64,000 bases of DNA, taken from contig CAVYRF010000002.1 in NCBI GenBank assembly GCA_963770895.1, positions 672,001 to 736,000 of the forward strand, in the 5' to 3' direction. The translations under genes and the position numbers were made by a program. Below, piece after piece: positions 59,426 to 64,000 of this stretch (position 1 is the stretch's first letter; every line of letters begins with the position of its first letter). This DNA comes from an uncultured Acidobacteriota bacterium (GTDB taxonomy: Bacteria > Acidobacteriota > Thermoanaerobaculia > Multivoradales > UBA5704). The notes below the pieces were generated by a model. That model was not told the DNA's origin. It did no database searches and saw only the letters and a program-made list of their open reading frames with translations.

Positions 59426-61785
59426 CCGTTCCGCCTCTGCTGTCCGCCATCCTTACCGGCACCTGGGACGCTTTCTTGCTTGCCGCGCCCTTCGTGCTCT
59501 TCGGCCTGCTGATCGCCGCACTGCTGCAGGTGCTCATCCCGCGATCGCGCATGGCGCGCTTCATGGGGGGCGGCGGCCTGGCGGCGGCGGGGCGCGCCGC
59601 GCTCCTCGGCATCCCCTTGCCGATCTGCAGCTGCGGCATCGTACCCGTCGCCATCGCCCTGCGCCGTCGCGGCGCCAGCCGTCCGGCGATCCTCTCTTTC
59701 CTGATCACCACGCCGGAGTCGAGTGTGGATGCGATGGTCCTCACCTGGGGCCTGATGGGGCCGCTGATGGCCACCGCCCGCCTGGTCGCCGCCCTGGCCG
59801 GCGCCATGGCCGCGGCGGTGCTGGCCATCGCCGGCTTTGCTCCCGAAGGCGCCGCCGCCGCTGGAGGCAGCGGCGATCCCGGCAGCGGCGGCGAGGCCGC
59901 CGGCAGCGTTCCCGATCGCGCCAACCACGCTGACCATCCCGATCACGCCGGCCACTCCCATTCCCACCCGGCGGACCAGGACGACGGCACCATCGGCTGG
60001 CGCACCCTCTGGGCATCACTGCGGACGGCGGTGGTCAAACCCTGGCGGTCGGTGTCACCGCCGGCGCCGCCGCCGTCGACACCCGCGGCGGTCGAGCCGG
60101 CAGCTCCGCACCAGCCGCCAGCGGTGGCCGCGCCGCCGCTTGGCAGGCTGCTGCGCACTGCCCTGCGGGGCCCCTTCCTCGAACTTGTGGATGACGTCGT
60201 GTTCTGGCTGGTGATCGGCCTGTTCGCCGCCGGGACGATCGAGGCCCTGATGCCGTCGGGGCTCGCCGCGGCGAGCGCGGGCGGCGGCCTGGCGGCCATG
60301 CTCCTTCTCCTTCTTGTGGCCGTGCCGATGTACGTCTGCGCCTCCGCCAGCACTCCCATCGCCGCCGCGCTAGTCGCCAAGGGCGTCAGCCCGGGCGCAG
60401 CCCTGGTCTTTCTGCTGGCGGGTCCCGCCACCAACATGGCGACCATCACCCTGATCGCCCGCCACTTCGGCGCCCGCTTCCTGCGCATCTATCTCGCGAG
60501 CGCCATCGGCGTCGCGATCGCCTGCGGCCTGGCGCTCGATGCGCTCGCCGGCGCGCTCGGCTGGCGGATCACCGGCCAGCTCGCCTCCCAGGCCGACGAC
60601 ACGTCCGCCTCCTTCGAGCTGCTCTGCGCCCTCGCCCTGCTCGCCCTGATCGTCTGGCGCCTGTGGGCAGGCGCGGCGCACAAGGGCATCGGCGAGCTGC
60701 GCTCCAACCTGCGCGGCCTCGGGCGCTGGCTGAAGTCGACGCCCGCCGCCCGGCGGTTCTCGCAGCGGTGGCCGCAGGCCCGGCGCCGGCTGCCGCACGC
60801 CGTCGCGGCCGGCCTGCTGTCCGCCTATCTGCTATCCGGCCTTGCCGCCGTGCCGGCCGGCTCGCAGGGATTCGAGCTGTGCTTTGGCCACCTGCTGCCC
60901 GGCCGGCTGGGACCGGGCCTCCACTGGCTGCCACCCCGGCCTTTCGCCCGCCTGGATGTCTGGCGGGTCGCCTACCCGCGCTTGTCGGAAGTCGGTTTTC
61001 GCACCGACCCGGCCCTGCTTGCCAACCGCCAGGCGATGCTGCGGAGCGCCGATCCCGCCCAGTGGCACAGCCCGGTGGCGGCGATGAACACCGACAGCCG
61101 CGAGGCGGCATACCTGGCGGGCGACGAGAACCTGCTGGAGATGAGCTTCGCGGTGCAGTATCAGCTGGCCAACCCGCGCGCCTTCCTCTACGGCCTGGAT
61201 CGCGAGCACGACCTGGTGGGACTCTGCGCCCAGGCGGCGGCGCGCCAGCTGGTGGCCGCCGCGGCGCTCGATGAGCTGCTGACCGCCGGGCGCAGCCGTC
61301 TCGAAGCCGCGCTGGCCGCCGAGATCCAGCGCCGCCTCGACCGGCTGGACGCCGGCGCACACGTTGCCTCGGTCCAGATCGTCGATCTTCATCCGCCCCA
61401 AGACGCCGTGTTCGCCTTCCGCGACGTCGCGAGCGCGCGCGAGGACAGGGATCGCCGCATCCAGTCGGCGCTCGCCGAAAGCGAGACGCAGGTGCCGCTG
61501 GCGCGCGGCAACGCCAGCATGGCGGTGCGCGGCGCGCAGGCGACCGCCGACGCCGCTCGCACCGAGGCCGCCGGCAGAGCCGAGGCGTTTGAGGCGCGCG
61601 CCGACGCCTTCGCACCTCACCGCGACATCCTGCGCGATCTCCTGTGGCTGGAGACCGAGGAGAAGGTGTTGCCAGGACGTCGTAAGTTCATCGTGCCGCC
61701 GGGCACCGCCGGCCGCCGTGTCGTGCTTTGGCCCGATCAACCGGCAGCAGCCCCGCCGGCGTTTCCTGACACGGGAGAGAGGTAG
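59422..61785 (+). CDS. DUF318/SO_0444-type (ArsP-like) permease fused to a C-terminal HflK-like SPFH domain
   Basis: LPICSCG, FLITTPE, His-rich loop HADHPDHAGHSHSH, PMYVCASASTP, FLLAGPATN; then GPGLHW, LAGDENL, VQYQL, QIVDLHPP...AFRDVASARED, PLARG. Confidence 0.85.
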   Translation: MTVPPLLSAILTGTWDAFLLAAPFVLFGLLIAALLQVLIPRSRMARFMGGGGLAAAGRAALLGIPLPICSCGIVPVAIALRRRGASRPAILSFLITTPESSVDAMVLTWGLMGPLMATARLVAALAGAMAAAVLAIAGFAPEGAAAAGGSGDPGSGGEAAGSVPDRANHADHPDHAGHSHSHPADQDDGTIGWRTLWASLRTAVVKPWRSVSPPAPPPSTPAAVEPAAPHQPPAVAAPPLGRLLRTALRGPFLELVDDVVFWLVIGLFAAGTIEALMPSGLAAASAGGGLAAMLLLLLVAVPMYVCASASTPIAAALVAKGVSPGAALVFLLAGPATNMATITLIARHFGARFLRIYLASAIGVAIACGLALDALAGALGWRITGQLASQADDTSASFELLCALALLALIVWRLWAGAAHKGIGELRSNLRGLGRWLKSTPAARRFSQRWPQARRRLPHAVAAGLLSAYLLSGLAAVPAGSQGFELCFGHLLPGRLGPGLHWLPPRPFARLDVWRVAYPRLSEVGFRTDPALLANRQAMLRSADPAQWHSPVAAMNTDSREAAYLAGDENLLEMSFAVQYQLANPRAFLYGLDREHDLVGLCAQAAARQLVAAAALDELLTAGRSRLEAALAAEIQRRLDRLDAGAHVASVQIVDLHPPQDAVFAFRDVASAREDRDRRIQSALAESETQVPLARGNASMAVRGAQATADAARTEAAGRAEAFEARADAFAPHRDILRDLLWLETEEKVLPGRRKFIVPPGTAGRRVVLWPDQPAAAPPAFPDTGER

Positions 61786-61787
61786 AT

Positions 61788-62663
61788 ATGAGCCGCCGAT
61801 TCTCGACCGTCGCGTACCTGGCCGGCGTCGCCGCCGCCGGTCTGCTCCTGACCTCGCTCTTTACCGTCGACGAAGGGCAGGTGGCGATCGTCACCCGCTT
61901 CGGCCGCCCCCTGGCGGGCGTCGACGGCCCCGGCCTTCATCGCAAGGCGCCATGGCCGATCGATACCGTCCTGCGCTTCGACTCGCGACTGCTGGTCTTT
62001 GCCAGCGGTCCCACCGAGATGCTGACCGCGGATCGGAAGAACGTCGTCGTGGACAGCTTCCTCTGCTGGCGCATCGCCGATCCCGTTCTCTTCGCCCAGA
62101 CCGTCCGCACGCGGCAAGAGGCCGAAGCGCGGCTGCTCGACTTCATCGCCTCGGAGATGGGCGCCGCCGTCGGGCGCGAGCCAATGGAAAGCTTCATTCA
62201 CGCCGGCGGCTCGGTGCGCCTGCGGGCCGTGGCCGACGGCGCCGCCGCGTCGATCGGCCGCCTGACTGCGGCCAGCCTGGGCGTCAAGGTGGTGGACCTG
62301 GAGATCAACGGATTCAACCTGCCGGCGCAGAACCGCGACAGCGTGATCGAGCGCATGCGCGCCGAGCGCGGTCGCATGGCCAGCCGCTACCGCAGCGAGG
62401 GCGACGAGCAGGCGCTCAAGATCCAGGCGCAGGCGGCCGCCGAGCGCGAGGCCATCCTGGCCGCCGCCGGCTCCCAGGCCGAGGCAATCCGCGGCCACGG
62501 CGAGGCCGACGCGCTGCGCATCTTTGGCGCCGCCTATGCCAAGGACCCCGCCCTGTATCGCTTCCTGCGCACCTTGGAGAGCTACGAGACGGTCATCGAC
62601 GACAAGACGACCCTCTTCCTGCAATCCGATTCGAAGCTCCTGCGAGCCCTCGATGGCAACTAG
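61788..62663 (+). CDS. hflC: HflC-like SPFH protein
   Basis: FTVDEGQVAIVTRFG, PGLH.K.PWP, LTADRKNVVVD, WRIADP, RMRAER, YRSEG, YAKDP.LYRFLRTLESY. Confidence 0.88.
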   Translation: MSRRFSTVAYLAGVAAAGLLLTSLFTVDEGQVAIVTRFGRPLAGVDGPGLHRKAPWPIDTVLRFDSRLLVFASGPTEMLTADRKNVVVDSFLCWRIADPVLFAQTVRTRQEAEARLLDFIASEMGAAVGREPMESFIHAGGSVRLRAVADGAAASIGRLTAASLGVKVVDLEINGFNLPAQNRDSVIERMRAERGRMASRYRSEGDEQALKIQAQAAAEREAILAAAGSQAEAIRGHGEADALRIFGAAYAKDPALYRFLRTLESYETVIDDKTTLFLQSDSKLLRALDGN

Positions 62664-63669
62664 CGACATGCCCCCCAGCGTGCGCATCCTGCGCGCCGCC
62701 GCTGCCTACCTGCGTCAGCGCCGTCGCCTCGCCTTGGTGATCCTGGCGCTCGTCGCGATCGGCGGTTGGCTCGGCGCCGGCGTCTACACCGTCGGCAACG
62801 GTGCCGCCGCCGTCGTCCGCCGCTTCGGCCGCCTGGCGCACGGCGGCGTCGAACCCGGCCTGCACCTTGCGATGCCGCCCGGTATCGATGCCGTCACCTC
62901 GGTCAAGACTGGACAGGTCCAACGGATCACGGTCGCTGGTGACGAAGGGCGTCCGCTATCGCTCGTCACCGGCGACGAAAACCTCATCGACACGATCCTG
63001 GTGGTGCAATATCGCGTCAGCTCGCCAGGCTCGTATCTGTTTCGCGCCGAGGATCCCGCCGCGCTGCTCGCCCGGGCAGTCCAGGCCGCCCTGGTGGACG
63101 AGGTGGCCCACCGCACCGTCGAAGACGTGCTGACTTCCGGCAAGGCGGCCGTACAAAACGAGGTGCGGCGCAAAGCACAGGAGATGTTGCAACGGTACGG
63201 CGCCGGCCTCAGCCTGGTCGCCGTCGCTTTTCAGACGATCACCCCGCCCGCCGAGGCGGCGCCCGCCTTCCTCGCCGTAAGCGACGCACGGGCACAAGCG
63301 GCGCGTGCCGTCAACCTGGCGCAGAGCCGCCGCGAGACCTCTCTCAACCTGGAGCATGGACGCGCCGAGCGCTTGGTGGACGAAGCCCGCACCTGGGCCG
63401 ACCAGCGGGTGCAGAAGGCCCGCGGCGCCGCCAGCCGCTTCGAGCAGGTGCTTGCCCAGGCCCGCCGGGTCCCCGAGCAGACCCATACTGACTTCTACCT
63501 CGCCATGGTTCGCAAGGTCCTGCCCAAGGCCCGCATCGTCGTCCTCGCTCCCGGCGAGACCCCGCGCCTCGACATCTATCTGACCCCACCGCCGCACGTC
63601 GCCGCACCGCCCGCCGGCGCCGGCCTGCCGGCGGAGGGTGTGCCGCCGGCCAGTCCTGATGGGAGTTAG
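62653..63669 (+). CDS. hflK: HflK-like SPFH protein
   Basis: N-terminal TM, GVYTV...AVVRRFG, EPGLH, LVTGDENLID, VQYRV, TPP...AF..V..AR, ARGAASRF. Confidence 0.85.
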   Translation: MATSDMPPSVRILRAAAAYLRQRRRLALVILALVAIGGWLGAGVYTVGNGAAAVVRRFGRLAHGGVEPGLHLAMPPGIDAVTSVKTGQVQRITVAGDEGRPLSLVTGDENLIDTILVVQYRVSSPGSYLFRAEDPAALLARAVQAALVDEVAHRTVEDVLTSGKAAVQNEVRRKAQEMLQRYGAGLSLVAVAFQTITPPAEAAPAFLAVSDARAQAARAVNLAQSRRETSLNLEHGRAERLVDEARTWADQRVQKARGAASRFEQVLAQARRVPEQTHTDFYLAMVRKVLPKARIVVLAPGETPRLDIYLTPPPHVAAPPAGAGLPAEGVPPASPDGS

Positions 63670-63682
63670 GGTTAGCGACTCA

Positions 63683-64000
63683 CTAGTCGTCGCGGTTCTG
63701 CGAGATCTGGCGGCGCAGCAGCTCGTTTTCGAAGGCCATGCCGACCTGGGCGGTCGCCAGCTCCAGGATGTCGATGTCTTCGATCGGCTCTTCGCGGTCG
63801 CCATTGTCGGTGTAGATGACCGAGATCACGCGCTGCGCGCCCAGGACGGGGAAGACCACGACCTGGCCGTTGCGCGACCGTCCGACCAGGGTGCGGAACG
63901 GTTCGGCCAGGCCGGCTTCGTCGAAGTGCACCGACTGCACTTCGCCCAGCGCCAGGCTGCGGGAAAAGACGCTTTCGGAGTTTGTGGCCAGTTTGATGCC
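63683..64000 (-). CDS. C-terminal fragment of a GAF-like domain protein (truncated by the window edge)
   Basis: Frame is open to the window end; VVVFPV...RVISVIYTDN...LELATAQVGMAFEN fits a GAF pattern. Confidence 0.65.
   Translation of the reverse strand, partial: GIKLATNSESVFSRSLALGEVQSVHFDEAGLAEPFRTLVGRSRNGQVVVFPVLGAQRVISVIYTDNGDREEPIEDIDILELATAQVGMAFENELLRRQISQNRDD

Overview
High-GC bacterial chromosome segment. The gene content (Oar-type TonB-dependent receptors, sulfatase-fold/TPR proteins, DUF1800/DUF1501, ECF-kinase pairs, a DUF11 adhesin) suggests Acidobacteriota, probably Thermoanaerobaculia-like; this taxonomy is inference. About 45 CDS are supported, plus a tRNA-Sec (selC, 39843-39941, minus) and a complete ISAzo13-family IS (52564-53855, TTA target duplication). 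Leading candidate novel systems: (1) 56482-63669, a tightly coupled operon with a CxxC/RAPP DUF2946-like leader, a ZnuABC-like importer, a DUF318/SO_0444-type His-rich permease fused to an HflK-like SPFH domain, then HflC and a second HflK. (2) About 47830-55330, an accessory island with a CHAT protease-NACHT NTPase-multi-TM fusion, followed by an IS-split membrane gene that rejoins in frame and a coupled pair of small membrane proteins; a putative defence/conflict system. Also notable: a sigma-54 mini-regulon, a HepT toxin with His-to-Arg in its RX4H motif, a histidine kinase with a degenerate H-box, tandem BlaI operators, and local strand-asymmetric G/T- or C/A-rich patches near intergenic hairpins. 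All product calls come from motif recognition by eye; no searches were run.
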